Source of the DNA: Trichodelitschia bisporula
Lineage: Eukaryota
Direction: 5' to 3'
DNA: 64,000 bases
NCBI GenBank assembly: GCA_010356995.1
Contig: ML996693.1
Coordinates: forward strand, 1,116,001-1,180,000
Below are positions 51,577 to 63,200 of the stretch, piece by piece; position 1 is the first letter of the stretch, and every line of letters begins with the position of its first letter. The position numbers and the translations under genes were made by a program. Below the pieces are notes generated by a model. That model did not search any database. It saw nothing but the letters and a program-made list of their open reading frames with translations, and had not been told where the DNA came from.

Positions 51577-54270
51577 CTAAGCCTTCAACCTCCTCTCCTC
51601 ACACCCAGGACAAAACGGCTCCGTCTCCCTCCCCGGCCTCAGGAAGTACCTCCCATCACTGAAAGGACCCTTGCACTCCTATCCCCCCCCACATTAGCAA
51701 CCACCCATCCCAAATCAATCACGCTCATTACTCACCACACAGCAAAAACACCCCTCATGCCACTCCCTCCCCAACGCCCTAACCACCATCTCCGTGACCG
51801 GCTTCCGACACTTCGCACACTTCGCGCTGTACCGATGCGTATGACACCCGACACACCACGCATACCCTTCTTTTTCCACAAACGGCGTCTGCGCATCAAA
51901 CGGATCCCCGCACTGCGCGCAGAAGAAATGGCCTACGTGCCACTCCGCGCCGCACGCCACGACTACTTCGCCTTCAATCGGCGTCTTGCAGGACTTACAT
52001 CTCGGACTGAAAAACTCATGAAAGTCCAAATGACAATAAAACCGCAATCCCTCATCTCCATCCTCCCCCTCCTCGCCCGGTACTTCCTCCCCCCGCAGCC
52101 GGGCATTTATCCTTGCAATGCGTGCCTCCCGCGCCCCCTCGGGCTCGGGGTAGAAGGCGACGCATTCGAGCCCCTCCCCGCAATGATGGCACCGGAAGCA
52201 CTCCGGGTGGAAGCGCGCGCCTGCTGCGCCGACGATGCGTCCGCTGATGGGGAGGGCGCAGGCGGCGCAGAGGCCGGGGGAGCGCAGGGCGTGGGGGGTT
52301 ATGTGGGGCTTGTTGGTTGCGCCCCAGGATTTGCGTGGTCCTGGGGTTGGGAGGGGGCGGGAGGAGTTGGGGGTGTTTGAGGTGGAGGGCGTGACGGCGA
52401 TGGAGGGCGTAACGGAGATGGAGGGGGTGTCGTTTACGGCGATGGTAGGAATCGGAGGGTTGACGGAGATGGACGGCGCGGCGTTGACAGAGATGGATGG
52501 GACGGGGGGGAAACCGAGCGAGGTAGAAGGCACGGGCGGAGCTCCGATTGAGATCGTGGGAACGGGTGGGCGACCGCCAGAGACGGAAGGTGCGTCGTTG
52601 ACCGCGATCGAGGGGATCGGGACCCGAGTACGATCCTGGTTCGCCGTCGGCACGGTAGACCGGTCCTCGACAGCGATAGTCGGCGGTGCAACAGCCGGCA
52701 CCGACACAGGACGTGCGGCCGCATTGCCCACCCCGGGAACAGCAGGCAGCGCCCGGCTCGGCGTCGGCGCCCGCGAAACTTCCTCCTTCAACTCCACCTC
52801 CCTCGGCCTCCACCCAGGATCAAAGCTCACAATCGGCCGTCCCGGATTATCCGACACCATAACCGGGGTCGGCAACTTCGCACTCCGATCCCTAAGACTC
52901 ATGCTCGTCGCCTTGCGGATGTCGTCGCTGCGGACCTCCTTCCCGTCTTTCATCTTTACGTCTTCGGGGGGGGCGGGGGCGGGCTCGGTGGGGGAGTTGC
53001 GGGTGTAGGCGGGGTTGCGGCTTTGGGTTGGTGGGTTGCGCTGGATTTCGATGCGGTGGAGGGGGGTGCCGCTGGCTGTGGTGGAGGGGGAGGGGCGGAT
53101 GGATGTGCCTTTTGTGCTGCGCAGGCGGGAGAAGGGGTTGCGGAGGTGGTGGGGGACGGCGTTGGAGGCCATGCGGGCGGCGATGGCGATGTTGGAGACT
53201 TTGATTTCCTTGTCCTTGACTTCCTTGTCCTTGATCTCCTTGGTTGTAGTAGTTGCGGTGGTAGAGCCCGACGACGTCGAGGTCATGGAGGTTTTCCGGC
53301 TCTCGTCCTTCGCACGCGGGACGTCGGTCGCCGGCTCCGCAAACTGCACTGACCGCTTCCGCTGCTGCTGTCCCTGCCCACCGCTCTTCCCTTGCAGATC
53401 GTCCCCGCTCTCCGGGACTTTGAGCGACGAATCACTGGGCACGCGCACGCTGCCCGACGCTGAGGTCGTTTTACTCGCGCCCGACACCGAGCGGCTCGAG
53501 CTCGAAGAATCATTCCCACGCACTTTACCCGTACGGTTCTGCAAACCAGCCGGCACAGGCACACGCGCCGTGCTACTAGTCCGCGAATGGGAGTGCGAGT
53601 GCGCCCGCACCTGCCCCCGACTTTCCCGGCGCAAGTGCTCGCGGTAATCATATGGCGCGTCCGGGTTCTGGTAAGCGGACGCGGGGTTCTGGTGCTTCCA
53701 GACTAGCTCAGAGGCTTCTTGCTGCGCGGCGGTATGCACGCGGTGCTCTGTCTTCTCGTCTACGTCCTGCAGTGCCTGCCGGAGTTTGTGGGCTTCGTGG
53801 CGCTCGAGCCAGCGCTCGGGGCGCTCGATGTAGGGGATTGGGATCTCTTCTAGCTCGTAGGCAGCTGCGTCGTCTTCGGTGGCTGTGTCGGTGGGAGCGC
53901 GGGCGAGGGGCCGGCCGGCGTGCGGGTCTGATGTGAAGGTGGTGTATTCGGGTCTTGGGGGCGGTTTGCGGAAGCCTTGCGCGCTGGAGCTGCGGGGCAG
54001 ACTCAGGGCCTCAACGGGATCGACGACCCGGCTGCGGATGGAGGACATGTTTGTCATGCTCTGGCGCTTCGAAGCGAACGTTGCGGGGGGGGGGCGGGCG
54101 CCGGTGGGACGAGAGGGACGGTTCGCGCGTAGGTCTTGGAGATAATCGCCTGTATGTGTGAGTTGGGATTGGGAGGGCATGCAGAGGCTTTTCTGACCCA
54201 TTTGCTCTTTGGACATGAATGTCGGGCCGGGGAGGCTTGCTCGCTCTTTGCTCTTGGAGCGGTGGAGCAT
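51577..54270 (-). CDS. Paxillin-like protein with three C-terminal LIM domains (fission-yeast Pxl1 / Aspergillus PaxB-like); introns 54150-54197 and ~51679-51735
   Basis: LIM1 CAAC...HPECFRCHHC...CHLD (with insertion); LIM2 CKSC...HVGHFFCAQC...CVGC; LIM3 CAKC...HEGCFCCVEC...CPGC completed by the last exon; long Pro/Ser-rich N-terminus. Confidence 0.88.
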
Positions 54271-54849
54271 TGTGGTGGTGATGCTGTTGCGGAATAATAT
54301 GTGGAGGAAGCAATGGAGATAGGAGAGGAAGGTGGAGATGAAAGCTGTAGGTGTGGTGGAAAGAAATGGGTGTGGTGGAATGGAGAATGGACGATGGGTT
54401 GATGTAAGCGGGCGGAGCTTGGGGTTGTTGTCAAGGATGCGGGGACGTGTGGCTTTTGGTGTTGCTGGCCGGGGTCGGCTGCTTCACCACGGCAACCCAC
54501 CTCGGGCCATCCTTGCTCCTGGAGCCTTGTATAACCAAGTTCAGACGTGATGTTTGCACCAGGCGTGAAACAACAACAAAGTCTCCAAAAGACCAGCACA
54601 GGAAACACTCATCGTCTCGAATATAGCGGATCATAAGTCCCAGCATCTAAATTGTGCTCGTATCTCTATGTATACATTGCCAGATCTGGAAATTTGGGGT
54701 AACCACCTGCAGTTCCAACCGTGACAGGAGACGATGGCAAGCCATTTCCACCCCTACAAGCCTCGTTTCCGCGCTTGCGGGGCTATTCCGTTGCCCCTCG
54801 AACATGTATCACCATCATCTATCGCATCCCCAACAACAAACAAAGCCGT

Positions 54850-56160
54850 CTACAGCTTCGGCTTCGACACGCGCTTCGGCATAACCCCGCTCAGCGTGTC
54901 CAGCACCTCCTGTGTGAGCGTGTACTTCTCCCGCGGCGGCACTCGGGCCCACGCCTGCCGTATCGTATGCTCGTTCGCCGCCCACCGCTTCAATTCCGAG
55001 TCTAGCCACCCGCTGCACAGATCCGCCGTCTCCCCAACCTTCTCCATGGGGATCAAATGCCCCGCGCCGGCCACGACTACATCCCTAACCCGGCCCGCAG
55101 GCGCGCCGCCGGACCCGCTCTCGCCCACACCCGTCACAGCCATCTTCTCATCCCGTGTGCTCTTCTCGCTCAGCGGCGAAATCTCGCCGAAAATATACAG
55201 CACGCTCGGACGCAGGTGCGGGAGGTTCTTAAACGTCATGAGCGGCTCCGGGCGGTAGAAGGGCTCGTGGGGCCCTTCGGAGGGTACGTCCGGGTGCGTC
55301 AGGGCCTTGGGTAGCGAGCCGGGCTTCGCCGGCAGGTTGGGCCGCAGAAAGGTGAACACCTCCTGGTGCTTCGTCGTCGCGAGCGTGACCTCAGGCTCAT
55401 ACCCCGCCGCGGGATCCGGATACACCTTCGTCGGCAAGTCGCGCAAGCCATGTTTAACCCAAAGATCAAACACGCGCTTATCCCAGCTCTGATAGAACTT
55501 GCTCCGCAGAAACGCCTCCGCCGCGACCTTCCGCGACGGCCAGCGATCCCGCCTAACCGACGACGCGGACGCGGGGCTAATGTTGCCTTTGCGCGAGGTA
55601 AGCCGGGCGATGACCGGGTCGATCAGGATGAGCGTCTCGAACAGGCGCGGGTGCATGAGGGATAGGTTGACGAGGTTGTTCCCGCCCATGCTGTGTCCGA
55701 TGCCGATGATGGGGCGTGGCATGGATGCGCGGAAGTGGTTCACCATGTGCAGGAGGTCGCGCGGGTGGTCGTACCACGAGGCTGGCAGGGTTAGCGAAGC
55801 CCAGCGGGGGAGGGGGCGCAACTCACGATCATTGCCCAGCTTGCTCTCGTTTAGCACGCCGCTTGCGCCCTGGAAGGCGACGTCTGCGATCCAGATGGAG
55901 CGGATGCGGAAACCGGCGGCCTTGGAGCGGCGCAGGAGTTCGTCCCACAGCGGCTCGTAGAGCTCCTTCGGGAAGGCATTGGCGTGGGTGCCGATGATGG
56001 TTACGTCCCCTGCCTGCGGGCTTGGGTTGTCGAGGGGCGTGTACTGCTTTATGGCGAGGTGGAGGATGTCTTCTTGGGAGTCGATGGTGGCGTGGGGGTA
56101 TTGTCGAATGTGCTGGCAGGGCAGGATGTGTTCCTGGATGCGAAAGAGGGCGGACGACAT
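54850..56160 (-). CDS. Alpha/beta-hydrolase (Lpx1/AflJ-like) with C-terminal PTS1-like -PKL; in-frame intron 55782-55826
   Basis: HANAFPKELYEPLWD, nucleophile elbow GHSMGG, LILIDPVI, catalytic His in AGHLIPME, ends SKPKL*. Confidence 0.87.
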   Translation of the reverse strand: MSSALFRIQEHILPCQHIRQYPHATIDSQEDILHLAIKQYTPLDNPSPQAGDVTIIGTHANAFPKELYEPLWDELLRRSKAAGFRIRSIWIADVAFQGASGVLNESKLGNDRELRPLPRWASLTLPASWYDHPRDLLHMVNHFRASMPRPIIGIGHSMGGNNLVNLSLMHPRLFETLILIDPVIARLTSRKGNISPASASSVRRDRWPSRKVAAEAFLRSKFYQSWDKRVFDLWVKHGLRDLPTKVYPDPAAGYEPEVTLATTKHQEVFTFLRPNLPAKPGSLPKALTHPDVPSEGPHEPFYRPEPLMTFKNLPHLRPSVLYIFGEISPLSEKSTRDEKMAVTGVGESGSGGAPAGRVRDVVVAGAGHLIPMEKVGETADLCSGWLDSELKRWAANEHTIRQAWARVPPREKYTLTQEVLDTLSGVMPKRVSKPKL

Positions 56161-56554
56161 GGTGAGGGTTGAGGGGAGGGCGTTGTCGTCCAGTCTACCC
56201 GGGCGCGCCGCTGAAGAAGGTAATGGGAGGCGACGCCTGGGTGGAGAGCCGTATAGAGGAGTACATGAGAGCGGAAGGCGACTGCGGCGCTTTGATGATG
56301 CGGGTACGGCAGCTTGCATCCAAGGGTTACGCCGAGGTTAGCCCCAGTCGGCGGGCGGCACCCTCGACGTCGAGGAACTGCCGAGCTGGTGAAGCAACAT
56401 GCACCGTACTCCATCTTCAACAATTACCCGTAACTAGCAAGGATGACACGACTGATATGAGATGGAAACGCAAACAATTGATATTGTCTCGTTCCTGCTC
56501 GGGCAAACGCTATCATTTTTGGTGTAATGTCACGTGTCTGATGCAGCTACGCAT

Positions 56555-56578
56555 ACGCGTTACGCCAGCCCGACGCGT
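56555..56578 (+). promoter_or_regulatory. Tandem MCB elements upstream of the BRCT gene
   Basis: ACGCGT at 56555-56560 and 56573-56578, about 110-130 bp before the ATG at 56687. CACGTG at 56531. Confidence 0.5.
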
Positions 56579-56686
56579 ACACACGATGCTCCCCCTCCAC
56601 ACCTTAGCAATCGAACGACAATCGATGAGCCCCCACAACATCTCCCCCTCCACCGCACCGCGCCTCATCACTGAACAACCAACACC

Positions 56687-59476
56687 ATGGCGGGCCCACG
56701 CGACAGCCAAGCTCCGCTCTTCGACGGCATAGTCTTCTGCATCATCCCCTCCCCCGAGCTCCCCAAATGCGAGCAAGACGAGGTCCGCCCCCCCCCCCCC
56801 CCCCCCCACATATCCACCCGCTAACACCTCCAGATCACCAAAATCCTCACGCGGCATGGCGCACAACACGTCCCCTACGACGGCGCAGCCGACAAAATCC
56901 GCAACTACACGCACGTCATCTCCCCCACCGCCGACTTCCCGCACTACCACGCCGCACTCGACAACTTCATCCACGTCGTCAAGCCGAGCTGGGTGGCTGA
57001 GTCGGTCGCCGCGCACCGCGTCAATAACCCGCGGAGCTACAGCCCGGATCCGCACCTCATTATGAGCGGCGTGACGATTGCGTGCGCGGGGCTGCCCGCC
57101 GGCGACGTCGAGGCCATTGCGGGAGGGGTGCTCGCCATGGGCGGGACGTTTTCCGAGCCCATGACCGCGCTGGTGACGCATCTGGTTACGCGCAGCTTGG
57201 ACGATGCGCGGTGTAAGGTCGTGCTTCGGAAGAAGCTAAAGTGTATGATTTTGCTCCCGAATTGGTTCGACGATTGCCTGCGGCTAGGCAAGCGTATCTC
57301 CGAGCGGCCGTATCTGCTTCCCGACCCTGCTATCCTGAAATCGCCAGCTGCGTACAGGCCGCAGACGAATCCCGATCTTGCGGGCGCGGTGACGCACTCG
57401 CCTACCGATATGCCGAATGACACGCGCAAGCTTACGGTGTTCAAGGACAAGCGCGTCATGCTCGCGCAGGACCTAGGCATCGGCCACGGGCTACGGGACA
57501 TTCTCGGCGGCATTATCGACAAGAACGGCGGGAAGATCGTGTCCAACGTCGATGAGACGGACATGTACATCTGCTTCTACCGCGACGGCGCCGAGTACAT
57601 CAAAGCGTCGCAGGTGGGCAAAGACGTCGGCAACCTAAGCTGGCTCTACCACCTCATCACGCACGACCGCTGGACCTCCCCCCTCAAGCGGCTACTCCAC
57701 TACCCCGTCCCCCGCAGGGGCGTGCCCGGCTTCGAAAACGCCATAATCAGCATGTCGAACTACGCCGGCGACGAACGCATCTACCTCCAAAGCCTAATCA
57801 AAGCCTGCGGCGCGACCTACGAAAAGACGCTGAAGAACAGCTGCACGCACCTCGTGGCCGCGCACCAAGGCGGCGAGAAGTGGCTCGCCGCCATCGACTG
57901 GAACCAGGACATTGTCAACCACCTCTGGCTCGAGGAGTCGTATGCCAAGCACCAGATGCAGAGCATTTCGCGCCCGGAGTACACCTACTTCCCCAAGGCA
58001 ACCCATCTAGGCGAAGTCCTCGGGCAGACGCACCTCGACCCCCATCTCCTGGAGACCAAGTTCTACCCCCGCGAGCCGGGTCGTGTGCCGCTTAGCACGT
58101 CTCGCTCCCATGTGGCCAACACATCTACGCCCTCGGAGCTGCCTTCCTCGCGCCGCGTCGAGGACTCCGTCTCGACGGAGAAAACCGAAGATAAAGTCCC
58201 CTCGTTCAACGACGTCATGGACTGGGATCCAGCGCCCGCGGCCGACGACGCGAGCGTTCTCTCCGACCCGCCCTCCGAGCCCGCGGACCCGGAATCCCAC
58301 TCCGACGCCGAACTTCCCCCGAAGCGCAAGCCAGAGCCGGCGCCAGCGCCAGCGAAGAAACGCGGCCGGCTACGCAAGGCAGAAGCCAAAGCCACCCCCG
58401 TTCCGAAAGCAACCCCTACCGACAAACCCACCCCCGCACCCGCCCGCTCCTCCGCCCGTAGATCCAGCGTCCTCGCCACTCCAACCTTCGGCTGGGAAAA
58501 CGAGCCTCCAGTGCGCACCAGCGCGCGCTCAGCGAAGGTGAAAGCAGAGGCCAAGCTCGCAGAGGCAATGGAAGACGTACAAGCGTACGAGAAGGAGCGC
58601 AAGCGGAAGAGTTTCATCAGGCCTGAGCTCGAGGCCGAAGTGCCGGCGGCCGCGAAGCGCAAGTCTAGCGATGCGGTCGCGTCACGCGGCAAGCGCAAGA
58701 GCACTGAGGACGTCCCCCTCGAAGAACCAGCACACAAGGCGAAGAAATCCAAGACGACTGGCAAGCGCGGCATCGAGCAGCGCATGGTGCTCACGGGCTA
58801 CGAGCGCTGGGCGAATAACCCGCGGCTCGAAAGCGGGGATACGAAAAAACTTCGGCAACTCGGGATCCAGCTTACGGAAGACTGTGCTACGGCTACGCTG
58901 CTCTGCGCGCCTAAGCTGCTGCGGACTAAGAAATTCATTTGTGCGCTTGCGGCTGCGCCTACGGCTGTGCATACCGGCTTCGTGGACGCGGCGCTGGCGG
59001 CGGATGAGCCGCCTGACCCGGCGGACTTCCCTCTTGAGGATGACGAGGGGGAGAAGAGGTTGGGTTTGAGGTTAGCGGACAGTTTGGCGCGGGCGAAGGC
59101 AAATAAGCGCGCCTTGCTCAAGGGGTGGCAAGTTTTCTGCACAGAAGGCGTGCCCGGCGGCGTGGAGAGCATGCGCGCGATCGTGCTCGCCAACGGCGGG
59201 CAGCTCGTCGTGTACAAAGGTCGTACGGCAGCGGAGGTCAAGAACCGGCCCAAAGCGGGGAAGGAGACTCAGGGGGAGGAAGAGCAGCTTATCCTTCTTA
59301 GTGGGGATAGTAAAGCGGAACGGGCGCTGTGGCCTAAGTTTAAGGAGATGGCGCAGGGGGTGGCGATGAGGCCGGTTGTGTGTAGGAAGGAGTGGTTGCT
59401 GGATGTTGCGCTGGGGCAGAGGGTGGGGTGGGCGGAGGGGTGGAGTTGGGAGGGGGAGAGTCAGGTTTCGGTGTAG
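56687..59476 (+). CDS. RTT107: Multi-BRCT DNA-damage scaffold (Rtt107/Brc1-like); intron 56783-56833 containing a C20 run
   Basis: Repeated BRCT signatures (VVKPSWV, VTHLV...LPNWFDDCL, GNLSWLY, LLHYPVP, SNYAGDERIYL...CTHLV...VNHLWLEESY), a disordered linker, and a C-terminal pair with LRTKKFICAL and KEWLLD. Confidence 0.85.
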
Positions 59477-59642
59477 GGGGTTTGAGGATGGGGATGGAGT
59501 TTGGGGGTGGGGTTGGGCATTTGCATGCTTTGGGTGGGGATGTTATGAGATCATGCCTGTCTTGATATCGAGTACTGTAATGGGAGCAAAGGCTCTAACA
59601 CACGCTAGGGCAACCGTGAAAACTGAATATTGAAGTCAAGAC

Positions 59643-59691
59643 GAAGAGAGGAAGAGAGGAAGAGAGGAAGAGAGGAAGAGAGGAAGAGAGG
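59643..59691. repeat. (GAAGAGAG)6 tandem repeat
   Basis: Directly visible in the sequence. Confidence 0.95.
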
Positions 59692-60153
59692 AGACTCTTA
59701 AGAATAGATACGCGATGATGCCAAGTATCCCCCTATGCTCCTTCCTCCCCTCACGCGCACATTACATCATGTTCAACCTATTCCTTCATGACATAACAAT
59801 GCTCCCTCCTTCCATGTCTACATCATTGACTTGATCTGGGACGTGGATTCACAAGCGGTGCTTGCAAGTACAGATATATTCTACAGACTACACGATTCTA
59901 CTAATATGTCGGCGGAGCTTCAACCTCATCACCAAAACGTACTCAACCTCCAGAGATAGTACACTTCGGCATAACGCCCCGCCCCCCTCCCGGTGTAAAC
60001 ACGGGGCATCACCTCCTCATGCGTCGTCCCGTCACCGAACCAGACAGCACTTCCCTTGCCGGCGAAATTCTTACTTTTTGCTACAGCATTCGCCGTTGGG
60101 TAAAAGTCGGGATGCTCGTGCACTCTGCCCGCGAGTGACGGCAGAGTGGAGAC

Positions 60154-60202
60154 GAGGGAGGTGAGGGAGGTGAGGGAGGTGAGGGAGGTGAGGGAGGTGA
60201 GG
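60154..60202. repeat. (GAGGGAGGT)5 tandem repeat
   Basis: Directly visible in the sequence. Confidence 0.95.
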
Positions 60203-63200
60203 ATGATGTGCGGCCATTGCTTCGAGTGGGCCTCAGCCCATTATTCGTTGTGATATTTGGCGATGTCCATTACTGTGATATGGTGTCGGCCATTAAAGGA
60301 TAGTGGTCCGTTGTTCGGCGTGCTAACCGTCGAGGCTGAAAGTGACTGTCCGAGTGTGACGTCATCAGCCAGACCTCACATTGCAACTAGAACTATCCCC
60401 TCACGTGCAATATCACCCCAAGCAGAAGCACTTCCCAAAAGCAGAACTGCCCTCAATTCCAGTTTCCCTCCGGCTCAGCACTTCACATCACGAACACGCG
60501 TCCCCTCCGCGCAATTCCAAAGATCCTCTCGCCCAACCAAATCCTCCCCAAACACAGCCCTCCGAAACCCGACGCCCATAACCAACCAACACCTCCCCAA
60601 CTCAGTATCCGCCGGCACCACCTGACCCCGAAGCAATCACAGGCCCGCACGTGAACCAAGGCAACCACCATCCCCGCGAATCAACGCCACAGCACCGCCT
60701 CACTCGGCCTCCCCACATCGCCTTGCCCCGCACCCCCCCGTGCCCCCACCATACGCCCGCTCCAGCCCTCGTGATTCCCCATACTTCTCAACACCTAGCG
60801 GAGCCCGATGCCGGCCTAGGGTCAGCGCGTTTCGTGATGCCTTTCGTGACGGCCTCCCTCGTGCCCAGCAGATAGGCCTCGTCGCCGTCGCACAAAGGCC
60901 AGCACGGCCGCTGACGGCGTTGCCCTCGGACAACAGCGAAGGAGTGCAAACGGGGCATCTCATATGCAAATCATGCTCACCCGCCGCGCTGGCCGCAAGG
61001 CTGGACCGCTGACTCACTCTGCCAGATATGGTGCCCGCGTCGCAACCCGATGACTTCGGCGGGCTGACCCGCGTGCGCAAGGCAGGCCGGTGAGCGTGCG
61101 GGCGACCGGGCGCGCGATGTACCTATACATTACAGGCGTCGTCCATAGACGTCGTCTACGGTATATCGCTGCGCATAGACGTCGGGCGCCATGCACATAC
61201 CCCAGACGCCAGCCTCGGGTGCCACCGGGCGCGAGAGATTCGTCATCGCGGTGCAGCCTCGCGGAGAAGCAGCCCCGCATAACAACCGAGGCCGGCCTCC
61301 GCACGCCCTCCGCAAAACGTGTTACGGAGGGTTTGGAAGGCGGGGCGGAATCCGGGGTCGGGCGCGCACGGCGACGAGGTTGAGGCTGCGTTGGCTGTTG
61401 GGGGGCGGATGACGGACAGCGCTGAGGGCGGGATGTCAGCTGGGGAGTGGGCGTGGCCGGCGCAGGGCAGAGGGCACAGTCAGCGGCGGGGAGGCGTGAC
61501 TTGTGAGTTGTCACCGGCCGAGGCAGGTCGATGTCGTCATCGGCCTGCCCAACATCAGATACGTACCAAACCGCAGCGAGCTTTCTGCCGCGCGCCCAAA
61601 CGGCCAGTTGCCATGAGCTGGAACGTCGAAGAAAGTTGCTTTCTGCATGATAGATGTCCCGCATCGATGGAACGCCGTTTCCCGATCGGGCGCCCTTGAT
61701 CGTCGCCGCAGCGCCCCGCGGTGCGCGACGCGCGAGACGCCCCGAAGCCGCGGCCCCATCCAACAGCCGCCAGCCAGCCGAGAGGAAGCGCGCACGCGTG
61801 GCCCAAGCAGGATTCCCGCTGCCCGGGTGCGGGGGACACAAAGCGTGGGCGGGCGGCGGGGTTGCTGCCCTGTTCGCTTGCCAAACTTAGCCTTCGCTTG
61901 GCCTGGCGACACTCAGCGGCCGTCATACCTGCCCGTTTCGCTCGTTGCGACGCGGCAGCAGCTGACAGCCATGACATGAGGGCCGCGACCGAGTGCGGAT
62001 ACGGCGATATACATAGCACGGCCCGGGCGGGGGGTGGGGGTTGTTTGCGTCAGCCCTACGGCGCGTGGGGTTGCTGCTCGCTGCAGTGAGCATGCGAATG
62101 CGGGCAGCGCTGCGGTGCGGGCGGGCCGTGGGTCTGCCTTCCCGAAGGGGGGATATGATACGAAAGGCGAGCTATTGGGGAAGAACGGGGGTAGAGTACC
62201 ACAGACGGGGCTGACGGGTAGATGACATGGCGGGGACGATGGAGCCTCGGGTTTATGCGTGAAGCGCCCGCACAAGCGCGCCGGGTACGACGCAGACTAC
62301 TGGCGGTCCGATGCTCCAGCGCAGCAGTACTTGCGTCTTCACCGCAAGGCCGCCGTGTGCCTCCTCAGGCTACGTGGTCGTGCAGTGCAGCGACGGTGCG
62401 CGTTGTTGTGGTAGCGGGGCTGCGGGCCGCGGGGCTACTTGAGGGTACCCCGCTCTCTCGACCTCTTAAAGAATTTCCCGAAGAAGCGGTGACGGCACGG
62501 CTGTTATTGGCTGCGGGGGTGACAGCGAACATCACTTCTCACCCCGTCCCTTCGCATTTTAGCTGCCGAAGCCGGCGGGTATGAAGGGAAAACTCGGAAG
62601 CGAGAGCCAGGGAGGCCGCCGCCGTTGTAAGTTTACCAGTACGCTGCGAACCTCGCTCCTCCAGAACGGCGTACTACGGTAGTGCTTTGGAAGCAGGCGA
62701 CTGGCCTGAAGGTAGAAGTGCCTCGTGGTAAGCTCCGGCTAATTCTACAATCATATACCCGTACACAACCAATAACTGCTCACGAACATGCGCCTTCTCG
62801 CTGGAACCTCCAGCGGTCCCACCAGCTCTCGGACGACCTGATAGGAGCATGGCTCAGGCACGTACATCCGTACAGCTGCAATGAGTCCGGAGTGAAAGCG
62901 TTGATAGAAGACAAAAACCAGAAGAGAGCAAGAGTGGTGGGGCCGCTTATATCTAATAGAACCATAGGTTTGACAGGCGCGCTATGACTACGGTGTTAAA
63001 TGAAGAGTCCATCAAAGACGAATAGAAGAAGAGAGAGTCGGAGACGCTCGAGAGTAAATGCACGATGTGGCAAATGTCCTCCCATGTTTCCTTTCTTCTA
63101 TCATGAGCACATTGCATCATGTTCTTTCCGAGAGTGCGGCCGCTCCTTCCAAGAGTATAGATGCTCCTTCCCTTTCACTACATCACGACCAAGTTCTAGG

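Noticed and set aside
59826..59842. ACTTGATCTGG resembling the fungal TPP riboswitch core
   Set aside because: It lacks the upstream CTGAGA and downstream ATACCAGCG, and no thiamine gene is adjacent.
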